This document shows positions 47,580-56,337 of a DNA stretch of 64,000 nucleotides, one piece after another. Within the stretch, counting starts at the first letter, position 1; each line of letters begins with the position of its first letter. Origin of the DNA: Candidatus Hermodarchaeota archaeon (GTDB lineage Archaea; Asgardarchaeota; Hermodarchaeia; Hermodarchaeales; Hermodarchaeaceae); NCBI GenBank assembly GCA_016839805.1, contig JAEOTO010000036.1:33008-97007 (forward strand), read 5' to 3'. A program made the translations under genes and the position numbers. Under the pieces are notes generated by a model. It saw nothing but the letters and a program-made list of their open reading frames with translations, ran no database searches and was not told the origin of the DNA.

Positions 47580-48749
47580 ATGAGACCTGTATCTGTTGTT
47601 GGTGTTGGACTCACCCAATGGGGCAAACGCAATGATGTTTCATTGGGTGAACTCATTGTTGAATCAGCCAAACATGCCTTCGAAGATACTAAGAGGCTCG
47701 CGCCTAAAGATATTGAAGCATTGTATGTCGCAAATGCCCAATCAGAACGATTTACCGAACAAGCACACCCAGCAAATCTCGCTGCAGAATTTCTGGGTAT
47801 CTCTCCTAAGGTAACCGCTCGAGTTGAAATGGCCTGTGCCAGTGGAGGCGCTGCGTTTCGCAATGCCTTCTTTACTATTGCATCAGGACAAGCAGAATCG
47901 GCTCTTGTTTCTGGCGTTGAAAAAATGTGTAATGTGCCTTCTTCTGAAGCTATGCGCAATCTCTGCTTGGTTGAAGATTTGACCTGGGAAAGCTTCCATG
48001 GCATGATTCCGCCCTCTGGATTTGCCCTTATTGCATCACGGTATATGCATGAATATGGTGTGACTCAAGAACAACTCGCAAAGATTGCAGTAAAAAATCA
48101 TAAGAATGGCAGTAAAAATCCTATTGCTCAGTTTCGTAAAGAGATCACCATTGAAACAGTCCTTGAATCACCCATGATTGCACACCCACTGAATCTCTAT
48201 GACTGTAGTCCGATTTCTGACGGATCCGCAGCAGTCATTCTGGTCCCTACAAAAGAAGCCCGAAAATACAACGATACTCCTGTTGATGTGATCGGTTCAG
48301 GACAGTTCATGGAACCTTCCTTCAACTGTTCTAATATGCAAAGCCTGACAACGTGGCGAGCACTAGTCAATGCTGCAAATAACGCTTATTCCATGGCAAA
48401 ACTCACACCTAAAGATATGGATCTAGCCGAAACCCACGATTGCTTTACCATTGCTGAACTCATCGAATATGAAGATCTAGGATTATGTAAAAAAGGTGAG
48501 GGACCACAACTCGTTGATAGTGGGGATACTGAAATTGGAGGACGAATCCCCGTCAACCCCTCTGGAGGTCTCAAATCGAAAGGTCATCCTGTGGGTGCAA
48601 CTGGTGTTGCACAAATCGCTGAAGTAACAGAACAGCTTCGTGGTGAAGGTGGTCCACGACAAGTCGATGGAGCAATCACAGGGATCACTCAGAACCTAAG
48701 TGGATTTGCCACACATCATGTGGTACACATTCTACGGAGGCAAAACTAA
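47580..48749 (+). CDS. thiolase (archaeal SCP-x type), second copy
   Basis: VSVVGVGLTQWGKR, MACASGGAAFR, GHPVGATGVAQI. I moved the start to the ATG at 47580, which has GGTGG 6 nt upstream. Confidence 0.85.
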   Translation: MRPVSVVGVGLTQWGKRNDVSLGELIVESAKHAFEDTKRLAPKDIEALYVANAQSERFTEQAHPANLAAEFLGISPKVTARVEMACASGGAAFRNAFFTIASGQAESALVSGVEKMCNVPSSEAMRNLCLVEDLTWESFHGMIPPSGFALIASRYMHEYGVTQEQLAKIAVKNHKNGSKNPIAQFRKEITIETVLESPMIAHPLNLYDCSPISDGSAAVILVPTKEARKYNDTPVDVIGSGQFMEPSFNCSNMQSLTTWRALVNAANNAYSMAKLTPKDMDLAETHDCFTIAELIEYEDLGLCKKGEGPQLVDSGDTEIGGRIPVNPSGGLKSKGHPVGATGVAQIAEVTEQLRGEGGPRQVDGAITGITQNLSGFATHHVVHILRRQN

Positions 48750-48750
48750 G

Positions 48751-49161
48751 ATGACCGAACAACCCATGGACCTTCCCTATTGCCTTGACTATCCTGGATC
48801 TCAAATCAAACCATTCTGGGATAATCTTGCTCAAAATAAATTCACCACTACAAAATGCCCCAAATGCGGAGTACTATGGCCACCCAAATCAACCTGCCCC
48901 CAATGTGGCGATAAGACCGCAGAATGGATTGAACTGAAAGGAATGGGTGAAATCTATGCGAAAACCCACGTTGGTGCAGCTCCTCCTGCATTCAAGGAGA
49001 TGCTACCCTACATCCTTGCTGTCGGGAAACTCGATGAAGGGATACTAGTGGTCGCTCGGGTGGAAAATGCGAAATATGAAGATCTTGAAATTGGTTCACC
49101 AATTAAAATTGAAATAAAGAAATCCTTTGGGCTAGATTCCTACGTATTCGTTCCGATTTAA
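48751..49161 (+). CDS. Zn-ribbon OB-fold protein (DUF35), second copy
   Basis: TTKCPKCGVLWPPKSTCPQCG. I moved the start to the ATG at 48751, directly after the thiolase stop and with GGAGG upstream. Confidence 0.8.
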   Translation: MTEQPMDLPYCLDYPGSQIKPFWDNLAQNKFTTTKCPKCGVLWPPKSTCPQCGDKTAEWIELKGMGEIYAKTHVGAAPPAFKEMLPYILAVGKLDEGILVVARVENAKYEDLEIGSPIKIEIKKSFGLDSYVFVPI

Positions 49162-49317
49162 TTCACACAAATTATGAACAAGTTGGACTTTTTGAAGCAA
49201 TTTCCTTCTACAACCATTTTCATAATGAATTTTTTCACGCCAATCAGAAATTGTGGTATCAAGTAGAAACTTCAAATAAGAGAATCTGGTATTAACCCAC
49301 CTACTTTGGTGGTTAAG

Positions 49318-50253
49318 ATGGCTAAACCCAAATACAAAGAAATTCTCTATGAGAAGAAAGACTGGGTCGCTACCATCACAATCAATCGTCCAGACAAATA
49401 TAACGCATATACCCTTTTGACACTCAACGAAATGTCTGAAGCTCTTCACAACGCTTCATGGGATGATGAAGTCGGTGTCATCGTCGTGACCGGTGCAGGT
49501 AAGAACGCATTCTGCACCGGAGGTGATGTCAAAGAATATGCAACCAAATACACCAAAAAACCCCGAGATTTTTGGAAATGGTGCGAAATCTTCGAACGTG
49601 CATTACATCTGCTACGACATTGTGGAAAACCAGTAATTGCCAGGCTGAATGGAATTGTCGCTGGTGGTGGAAATGAAGTCCAAATGGCTTGCGACCTAGC
49701 AATAGCCGCAGACCATGTTGAGATACTACAGGTTGGAACACGGGTTGGCAGTGTCGCTGCGGGAGGTGCAACTCAGTGGCTACCAATTATCATCGGTGAC
49801 CGCCGAGCCCGGGAAATGCTCTTCACATGCGATCGAATCAGTGCAGAAAAAGCCAAGGATTGGGGCCTTGTCAACGAAGTAGTCCCCTATGATAAACTCG
49901 ATGATGCCATCGCTGATTGGTCAAAGAAAATCCTCGAAAAATTCCCCGAATGCCTTCGCTTTACCAAAGCTCAAGTAAACTTCTGGAAAGACCTTGTCTG
50001 GTCACTCACATGGCCCAGCGTTCGAGACTGGCTTAGCGTCCACTTCAGTTCCCAAGAACCTCATGAAGGAATGTGGGCATTCGTTGAGAAACGACCTCCA
50101 GCATATATGCGACTTCGACAGGAAGCCGCGGATGGCAAATCACCTGAATTCAAATGGGGTCCATGGGAAAAGACCTGCCCCAGTTGTGGAACAAAATACC
50201 TACCCAGCGAGTTTACACACTGCGGAAAATGTGGCGCAAAGCTAAACAAATAA
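49318..50253 (+). CDS. MenB/BadI-like crotonase-family enzyme with a C-terminal zinc-ribbon extension
   Basis: YKEILYEKKDWVATITINRPDKYNAY...VVTGAGKNAFCTGGDVKEY...GGGNEVQMACDLAIA resembles the DHNA-CoA synthase / 2-ketocyclohexanecarboxyl-CoA hydrolase subgroup. An extra tail carries CPSCGTKYLPSEFTHCGKCG. The start is the ATG at 49318, after GGTGG. Confidence 0.75.
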   Translation: MAKPKYKEILYEKKDWVATITINRPDKYNAYTLLTLNEMSEALHNASWDDEVGVIVVTGAGKNAFCTGGDVKEYATKYTKKPRDFWKWCEIFERALHLLRHCGKPVIARLNGIVAGGGNEVQMACDLAIAADHVEILQVGTRVGSVAAGGATQWLPIIIGDRRAREMLFTCDRISAEKAKDWGLVNEVVPYDKLDDAIADWSKKILEKFPECLRFTKAQVNFWKDLVWSLTWPSVRDWLSVHFSSQEPHEGMWAFVEKRPPAYMRLRQEAADGKSPEFKWGPWEKTCPSCGTKYLPSEFTHCGKCGAKLNK

Positions 50254-50337
50254 CCCACAATCACTTCTCAAATAACCCTCATTTCCACCTCAATTCGAGG
50301 TTTCAAACCAATAAAGGGTTCTAGACAGATTAAGGGG

Positions 50338-51201
50338 TTATTTATTCCAATCGTAGAATCCTTGCTTCGTCTTTCTTCCCAACTTGCCTTCCTTAACCAT
50401 CTTGGCAAGTAGTGGAGCTGCGGCATATTTGTCTTTATCCATCTCTTTCTGGAACACTTTCGTAATCGAAAGGGTGGTGTCTAATCCGACATAATCCAAG
50501 AGGGTGATTGGTCCCATTGGCCAGTTTAGGCCCAATTTGATTGCCTTGTCAATATCCTCTGGTTCTGCTACATCCTCTTGGAGCAACCAGATGGCTTCGT
50601 TTAGCGCAGGAACTAGTACACGGTTGACGATAAAACCAGGTGAATCTTTCTTACAAAGCACAGTTTCCTTTCCCATTTTCTCCGATACGTGTTCAACGAT
50701 TTTGACAGTGTCATCCGAAGTCTTCTCTCCCCGAATTATTTCAACAAGCTTCATAATTTGTACAGGATTAAAGAAGTGCATACCAACGACCTTATCTGAA
50801 CGTTTAGTAACTGAGGCTATTCGGCTAATACTAATCGAGGAAGTATTTGATGAGAGAATGGTATGTGATGGGGCGAGTTCATCCATTTCGGCAAAGATCT
50901 TCTGCTTTAGATCCAGGTTTTCAGGAACTGCCTCAATGACGAAATCAGTGTCGCTCATAGCCTCTTTCATATCAAGGGTGGGGTGGATGCGCTTAAGAAC
51001 CGCGTCTGCGTCAGCTTGAGCGATTTTCTCTTTTTCAACTAGCTTGCCAAGGCTCCATTTAATTCGACCCATGCCTGTGTCGATGAATTCTTGTTTGATA
51101 TCTTTCAGGTATACATCATATCCAGCGATCTGGGCTAGAACCTGTGTTATGCCGTGACCCATGAGTCCAGCACCAATAACTGTGACTTTTTTGACTTCCA
51201 A
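50338..51201 (-). CDS. 3-hydroxyacyl-CoA (3-hydroxybutyryl-CoA) dehydrogenase
   Basis: KKVTVIGAGLMGHGI Rossmann motif, HFFNPV, FIVNRVL. I moved the start to the TTG at 51201 (GGTGA + 5 nt), which gives M-EVKKVTVIGAG. The ORF-track start at 51258 would leave only 2 nt to the divergent gene. Confidence 0.85.
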   Translation of the reverse strand: MEVKKVTVIGAGLMGHGITQVLAQIAGYDVYLKDIKQEFIDTGMGRIKWSLGKLVEKEKIAQADADAVLKRIHPTLDMKEAMSDTDFVIEAVPENLDLKQKIFAEMDELAPSHTILSSNTSSISISRIASVTKRSDKVVGMHFFNPVQIMKLVEIIRGEKTSDDTVKIVEHVSEKMGKETVLCKKDSPGFIVNRVLVPALNEAIWLLQEDVAEPEDIDKAIKLGLNWPMGPITLLDYVGLDTTLSITKVFQKEMDKDKYAAAPLLAKMVKEGKLGRKTKQGFYDWNK

Positions 51202-51326
51202 AAGTGTCACCTCACAGACGCTATGCAAGATGTTACTAAAAAAGCTGTTATTCATCAATAATGTATGTTGCTTTCAAGCGTATTTTTATGCGAAATATGT
51301 TATCTGTGGGTATTGAGTGGATTCTT

Positions 51327-52562
51327 TTGCGCCTTGTGATTATTGGAAGCGGAGCTGCTGGACTTAGTGCAGTGCAAACGATAATTGGACAAGGGACCAC
51401 CCTTGACGTTGTATTAATCACAAAGGATACGCGATTCTACGCGCTATTCTCTCTTCCCTCTTTCATCGCTGGAGAAATTGAAGACAAACACCTTGACAGA
51501 TTTGATCTTCAGTACTTCAAAGACGCTGGAATCAAAATAAAACTGGACACCAATGTAACAGCTGTGAATCCAGAATCTAAATCAATCCACCTTGAATCCG
51601 GGGAAGACCTTCCCTTTGATCGACTCCTTATCGCCACAGGTGCATCCGCAATCAAACCTCCTATCGAAGGGCTTGACAAAGATGGCGTAGTAACCCTGGT
51701 AAATTTACAAGATAGCCAAGCCATCCTAGCCAGGGCAAAACACAAGATAAAACATGCAGTCATAATTGGTGGTGGGTTTGTCGGCATCGAAAGCGCCACT
51801 GCTCTCCACAGTCTTGGTGCCCAAGTTACAATCATTGAAAGAGAAAATCATCTTCTACCCCGAATGCTAGATGAAGATACAGCAGGAATTGTGAATCAGC
51901 TCTTACAAAAACAGGCCATAGAAATTCATACTTCAACAACTGTTAGCAAAGTACTCGGTGAGAAAGCCGTCCAAGGAGTCCAAGTGGGTCGAAAACAACT
52001 ACAATGTGATCTAGTCGTCGTAGCCGTGGGAGTTCGTCCTAATCTTGACATTATCAAAGAAACCAAAATTAATACAAATGAAGGAATTCTTGTCAACGAA
52101 TATATGCAAACCAACGTGGCAAACATATACGCGGCAGGAGACGTCGCTGAAGCATTAGATCGCGTAACGAACAAATTAAAAATTAATGCAATATGGCCAA
52201 ATGCCATTTCCCAAGGACAAGTTGCAGCACTAAATATGCTCGACCACCAGATTCCATATCAGGGATCTGATGCAATCAACCTAATTAACATCTTCCAGAC
52301 ACCAGTGCTTAGCATCGGCCAGATTTCAAAAGAGATAGGGACTTGTGAAGTTATCCGTATAAACAGAAATAAGGTGTACAGGAAACTGCTTCTTTGTGAT
52401 GGCAAGGTCTTGGGATATCAGGCAATTGGTGATATTCGGAATGCCGGGTTTCTCTTGCACGCTCATCGAACCGGTGCCGACATAACCGATGTCCTCGATT
52501 CTCTGAAAAAAGATAATCTAATTGCCCAGCACTATTGGCGGTCTCAAGAAAAACTAAAATAA
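51327..52562 (+). CDS. FAD-dependent pyridine nucleotide-disulfide oxidoreductase (AorC-like candidate)
   Basis: VIIGSGAAGLSA (FAD), AVIIGGGFVGIESA (NAD), IYAAGDVAE. The start is uncertain. The ORF opens at 51261. The TTG at 51327 gives the canonical M-RLVIIGSGAAG, and the ATG at 51297 is also possible. Confidence 0.75.
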   Translation: MRLVIIGSGAAGLSAVQTIIGQGTTLDVVLITKDTRFYALFSLPSFIAGEIEDKHLDRFDLQYFKDAGIKIKLDTNVTAVNPESKSIHLESGEDLPFDRLLIATGASAIKPPIEGLDKDGVVTLVNLQDSQAILARAKHKIKHAVIIGGGFVGIESATALHSLGAQVTIIERENHLLPRMLDEDTAGIVNQLLQKQAIEIHTSTTVSKVLGEKAVQGVQVGRKQLQCDLVVVAVGVRPNLDIIKETKINTNEGILVNEYMQTNVANIYAAGDVAEALDRVTNKLKINAIWPNAISQGQVAALNMLDHQIPYQGSDAINLINIFQTPVLSIGQISKEIGTCEVIRINRNKVYRKLLLCDGKVLGYQAIGDIRNAGFLLHAHRTGADITDVLDSLKKDNLIAQHYWRSQEKLK

Positions 52563-52581
52563 TCACAAAAAGGTTCTTGAA

Positions 52582-53037
52582 TTATTTCTCCGTGATGAGA
52601 ACTCGGGCTAGCTGTTCTTTTCGTCGTTGCATTGCTTCCTGTGTTTCCTCAGCATATTCAATGGCCTTTGTGGAACAAAATTTAACGCATTGCGGATCAC
52701 CACCACAAAGGTCGCAATGGATGAGTTCCTTACCATGAGTTGTTATAGCAGAAAAGGGGCAGACAACCGCACATAATCTACAGCCAATACAACGATCATC
52801 GTCGCGTGTTGCAACCCCCTCATCTTTTGTAATAGCGTTTTGTGGACAGGCTGTGACACAAGGCGCATCTTGACATTGAAAACATACTACCGGAAACTCA
52901 AACCGTTCAAATTCGTCTCGAACAACACTAATCGCTGCTTTACGTGGGTTGCATTCACCGAATTTGGTTAATGAGCAAGCGAGTGAGCATAATCGACACC
53001 CTGTACAGCGTTCGGGATAGACGAAGATGTACTTCAT
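52582..53037 (-). CDS. 4x[4Fe-4S] ferredoxin-like electron-transfer subunit (AorA-like)
   Basis: 151 aa with four Cys clusters: CTGCRLCSLAC, CFQCQDAPCVTAC, CIGCRLCAVVC and CDLCGG..PQCVKFC. It overlaps the AOR gene stop by 4 nt. Confidence 0.85.
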   Translation of the reverse strand: MKYIFVYPERCTGCRLCSLACSLTKFGECNPRKAAISVVRDEFERFEFPVVCFQCQDAPCVTACPQNAITKDEGVATRDDDRCIGCRLCAVVCPFSAITTHGKELIHCDLCGGDPQCVKFCSTKAIEYAEETQEAMQRRKEQLARVLITEK

Positions 53038-54881
53038 TCAATCGCCTCCAATTCAGTAATGCGATCTTTTGATAACATCCCTTGGTCATTCCACCCACGA
53101 AGAGCATAATATCGGTTTAACATGGTATCAAATTGTTTACGATCAATATGATGGCCTTTCGCGGTCTTCAGGGGGGCTGGATCATCAAAATAACGTTTAG
53201 GTAGTGAATCATCTGCGCGTGTGAGTCCGAATCGAAGATTGAGGATTCGTTCAGTATCAATGATTCGCTGTCCGACCTTTTGCAACTCTGAAATTTCGAA
53301 GTTGAGGTCAACTGTGGCTTGTAAGAAATCCCTTACATGTTCATATCCAATGAGATGGGGGCTGTTGAAACCATGGCAGATGAATTTGCAGATTCCTACC
53401 GCATCAATTACTGCGTACATGTTATCTGACCAAAAGACGGTTTTTTCCTTGCCTTCGTATGAGCTAGGGTCAGGGGAGATGCCCGATCCATAAATGTTAT
53501 CTTTCACTTCTTGAGGCAATCGGAGAAAGATTTCCAGAGTAGGTCGACTACGCAGATGATCTGCACCTCTCGACGCAGTTGCTATCCCTAATGCAAATGC
53601 CTTGATATACCGAACATCATGAGGGTCGCTTTGTGGTAAGTTCTTCACTGCTATGAGATAATCCGCAGATTTTGATCCAAAATACTTTACAGCTTGACTA
53701 CTTTCCGCTAAAATATCTCCCAGACCCTCACGGTGGGAGATTTTTTCTAGGAGGGATTTAGCGAGTTCGAAGTTTTCGAATTCGAGTTTCTCTCCCTGAA
53801 ACTTAGCTTTGTCTACAATTCCTTTTTCATAGAGTTCGAAGACCCAAGCGAGTATACTCCCAGCAGATGCTGTGTCTAATCCAAGGCGGTTACAGAGGTT
53901 ATTCAACTCAATGACCTGTTTTGGATCCGAGATTCCAATATTCGCTCCCAATAAACCAATAGTCGTGTATTCAGGGCCTTCTCCGTTCATGGTATTTCGA
54001 TGCCGACAATGTACAATGCAAGAGGCACAGGATACCATCTTCTCGACATATTCTTCGAAATATTCCGCGTTCAGTGAATCGGACCAGGCATTCAGCTGGC
54101 TGTTCTTGGTGCGAATCGCTCCCAGTGCATTACTAACATCATACAGATAAGGAGATCCTAACTTGCCCATGACCGAGATGACCTTCGAGTTCAGGACATA
54201 ATCGTTGACACGTTTCGTAATCTCCAGAAGTTGTTCCGGATGAGCGACATTAAGACCTTGAGTTCCATATGCGACCAAGGCCTTCAGGTTCTTTGAACCC
54301 ATGACCGCACCTAGTCCGCCCCGCCCTCCGGCGTTCTTTACTCCGTTTCGTATGTTGGCAAATCGAATGAGTTTTTCACCAGCTTCTCCGGTGACAGCGG
54401 CCTGTACATCCCCCAAATCCTTCCGTAGCTCGGTTTGAACTTTATAAGTATCAAGACCCCAATAATCCAACGCATCTCGAATTTCAACAGAGCCATCCTG
54501 AAGGAAAATATAACTCGGTTTCTTCGCTTTACCAAGAATAATAATCCGGTCAAAGCCAGCATAGCGCATCTCCGGGCCAAAATAACCTCCACAATTAGTG
54601 TCACCAAGAAACCCTGATTCCGGGGATTTCGCTGTCACATTGAAACGTGACGCGTTCGGGATAAGGAACCCAGTAAGCAAACCAGCACCAAATATCAGCA
54701 CGTTTTCCGGAGAAAAGGGATCCACATTCTTCCTAAGCAATTTGTTAAGATAGTAGACGTTCGTACCTCGACCGCCTAAATAGCTTCTAATTACATTTGC
54801 TGGTGTTTTACCAATTTTCACTGAGCCTTTAGTAAGGTTGACAATAGCATATTGATTTGCTGCCATTTTGGGTTCTTCCAT
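53034..54881 (-). CDS. tungsten-dependent aldehyde:ferredoxin oxidoreductase (AOR family)
   Basis: 615 aa. YAIVNLTKGSVKI...YLGGRGTNVYYL at the N-terminus, plus GLDTASAGSILAWVFELYEKGI and the overall length, are typical of the AOR family. Confidence 0.85.
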   Translation of the reverse strand: MEEPKMAANQYAIVNLTKGSVKIGKTPANVIRSYLGGRGTNVYYLNKLLRKNVDPFSPENVLIFGAGLLTGFLIPNASRFNVTAKSPESGFLGDTNCGGYFGPEMRYAGFDRIIILGKAKKPSYIFLQDGSVEIRDALDYWGLDTYKVQTELRKDLGDVQAAVTGEAGEKLIRFANIRNGVKNAGGRGGLGAVMGSKNLKALVAYGTQGLNVAHPEQLLEITKRVNDYVLNSKVISVMGKLGSPYLYDVSNALGAIRTKNSQLNAWSDSLNAEYFEEYVEKMVSCASCIVHCRHRNTMNGEGPEYTTIGLLGANIGISDPKQVIELNNLCNRLGLDTASAGSILAWVFELYEKGIVDKAKFQGEKLEFENFELAKSLLEKISHREGLGDILAESSQAVKYFGSKSADYLIAVKNLPQSDPHDVRYIKAFALGIATASRGADHLRSRPTLEIFLRLPQEVKDNIYGSGISPDPSSYEGKEKTVFWSDNMYAVIDAVGICKFICHGFNSPHLIGYEHVRDFLQATVDLNFEISELQKVGQRIIDTERILNLRFGLTRADDSLPKRYFDDPAPLKTAKGHHIDRKQFDTMLNRYYALRGWNDQGMLSKDRITELEAIE

Positions 54882-54889
54882 GGGGTTCG

Positions 54890-55186
54890 TTATCCACCAC
54901 CAACTGCCATTACTAGCGTTAATGTCGTGGAATGATGAATCAGGATATCATTAAGATTTTCCTGAAGGACAGGTTTGTTGTCAACAAAAATGTTGAGATA
55001 CTTGTGAACCTCACCAGACTTGTTATATAATTCTTGACTTAGAACAGGATGCATTTTAATTAGTCTGCTAAGAATGGTATGAATAGTATCATTACCCTCT
55101 AGGTCCAGGACTACTTCTTCGATTCCCGTCGTAATCTTCAATACGCCAACCAGACGTATTGTAATACCCAAATCCGCATTTTCCAT
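54890..55186 (-). CDS. MoaD/ThiS-family ubiquitin-like beta-grasp protein ending in Gly-Gly
   Basis: 98 aa ending ..LVMAVGGG*. It lies immediately upstream of the AOR gene. Confidence 0.7.
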   Translation of the reverse strand: MENADLGITIRLVGVLKITTGIEEVVLDLEGNDTIHTILSRLIKMHPVLSQELYNKSGEVHKYLNIFVDNKPVLQENLNDILIHHSTTLTLVMAVGGG

Positions 55187-55292
55187 CGAATCTCTCCATA
55201 ACGTCCATCGACAGAAATCAAAAATCTTTACTTTTCTCCAGTTCTCTTTGCTTCCTAAAGGCTATAAGGTTCAAAGTCAGATATGCACCTCG

Positions 55293-56324
55293 GTGGTTAT
55301 ACTGAAAGCCGCAGTTTTTTATGAAGCTGGAAAACCTCTAAAAATTGAAGATGTCCCGACACCAGAAATTGGACCCGCTGACGTTTTGATTAAAGTGGCA
55401 GCCTGTGGTGTGTGCAGGACCGATTTACACTATTTGCATGGGACTCCGACCTTCAAAAAACCCCCATTGATCCTTGGACATGAAGCCTCGGGGACCATCG
55501 CAGAAATGGGTTCTGCCGTTGAAAACTGGGCTAAGGGTGATCGCGTTTTAATTCCTGCTGTTCTTAGCTGTGGATTTTGTGATAATTGTCGTTTAGGACG
55601 TGAAAACATATGCCAACGACAAGAAATGGTTGGGAATAACATTGATGGCGCCTATGCTGAATACATCCGTGTTCCTGCTAAGGATGTACTTCGAATTCCC
55701 GATTCATTACCTTTGGAAGAAACAAGTATCGTAGCTGATGCGATTTCTACACCTTATCACGCTGTGAAAAATCGTGGAGAAGTTCGACCGGGGGATTTGG
55801 TTGCCGTATTTGGATGTGGTGGCGTTGGTATCAATGTAGTTCAAATTGCTGCTGCAGCGGGTGGCTTTGTTTATGCCGTTGATATCGATGATAAGAAACT
55901 AAAGTTAGCCGAAAAACTTGGTGCTTCTGTGACTATTAATTCGAAGGATGAAAATCCTGTCAAACAGATTAGAGCTATGACAAAGAAGCGAGGTGTCGAT
56001 ATCTCCTTTGAGGCAATTGGAATTCCTGACGTTATGAGTCAAGCACTGGCGGCTGTGAGATGGGGTGGTCGGATGGTTGTTGTAGGCTATGCCGAATCCG
56101 ATTGGACCGTTTCAGCTTCACGAATCATGTTCCGAGAAGTAGAAATCCGTGGATCTCTTGGTTGCCGTCTCGTTGACTATCCTCCCCTCCTACGGATGGT
56201 GGAAAAAGGTTTCATTCAGATCAAACCGATAATCGACAGCAAACGACCACTTGGAGAAATTAATGAAGCATTCAAACTTCTTGAGGAAGGAAAGGTTCTT
56301 GGTCGGATTATCATTATTCCCTAA
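55293..56324 (+). CDS. Zn-dependent alcohol dehydrogenase
   Basis: KAAVFYEAGKPLKIEDV, CGVCRTDLHY, GHEASGTIAEMG, and the structural Zn Cys cluster CGFCDNCRLGRENIC. No in-frame ATG exists. The candidates are TTG 55248, GTG 55293 and possibly CTG 55302. Confidence 0.8.
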   Translation: MVILKAAVFYEAGKPLKIEDVPTPEIGPADVLIKVAACGVCRTDLHYLHGTPTFKKPPLILGHEASGTIAEMGSAVENWAKGDRVLIPAVLSCGFCDNCRLGRENICQRQEMVGNNIDGAYAEYIRVPAKDVLRIPDSLPLEETSIVADAISTPYHAVKNRGEVRPGDLVAVFGCGGVGINVVQIAAAAGGFVYAVDIDDKKLKLAEKLGASVTINSKDENPVKQIRAMTKKRGVDISFEAIGIPDVMSQALAAVRWGGRMVVVGYAESDWTVSASRIMFREVEIRGSLGCRLVDYPPLLRMVEKGFIQIKPIIDSKRPLGEINEAFKLLEEGKVLGRIIIIP

Positions 56325-56337
56325 TCCAGACCTGTCT

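Noticed and set aside
55302-55304. CTG as the true start of the alcohol dehydrogenase (GGTGG + 5 nt + CTG would give the canonical MKAAVFYEAGKPL). A similar case is CTG 9 nt after AGGAGG at 42767 for the LLM oxidoreductase.
   Set aside because: The idea is attractive because both would yield family-typical N-termini. But CTG initiation is rare, and I cannot demonstrate it from sequence alone. The in-frame GTG or TTG alternatives are retained in the feature table.
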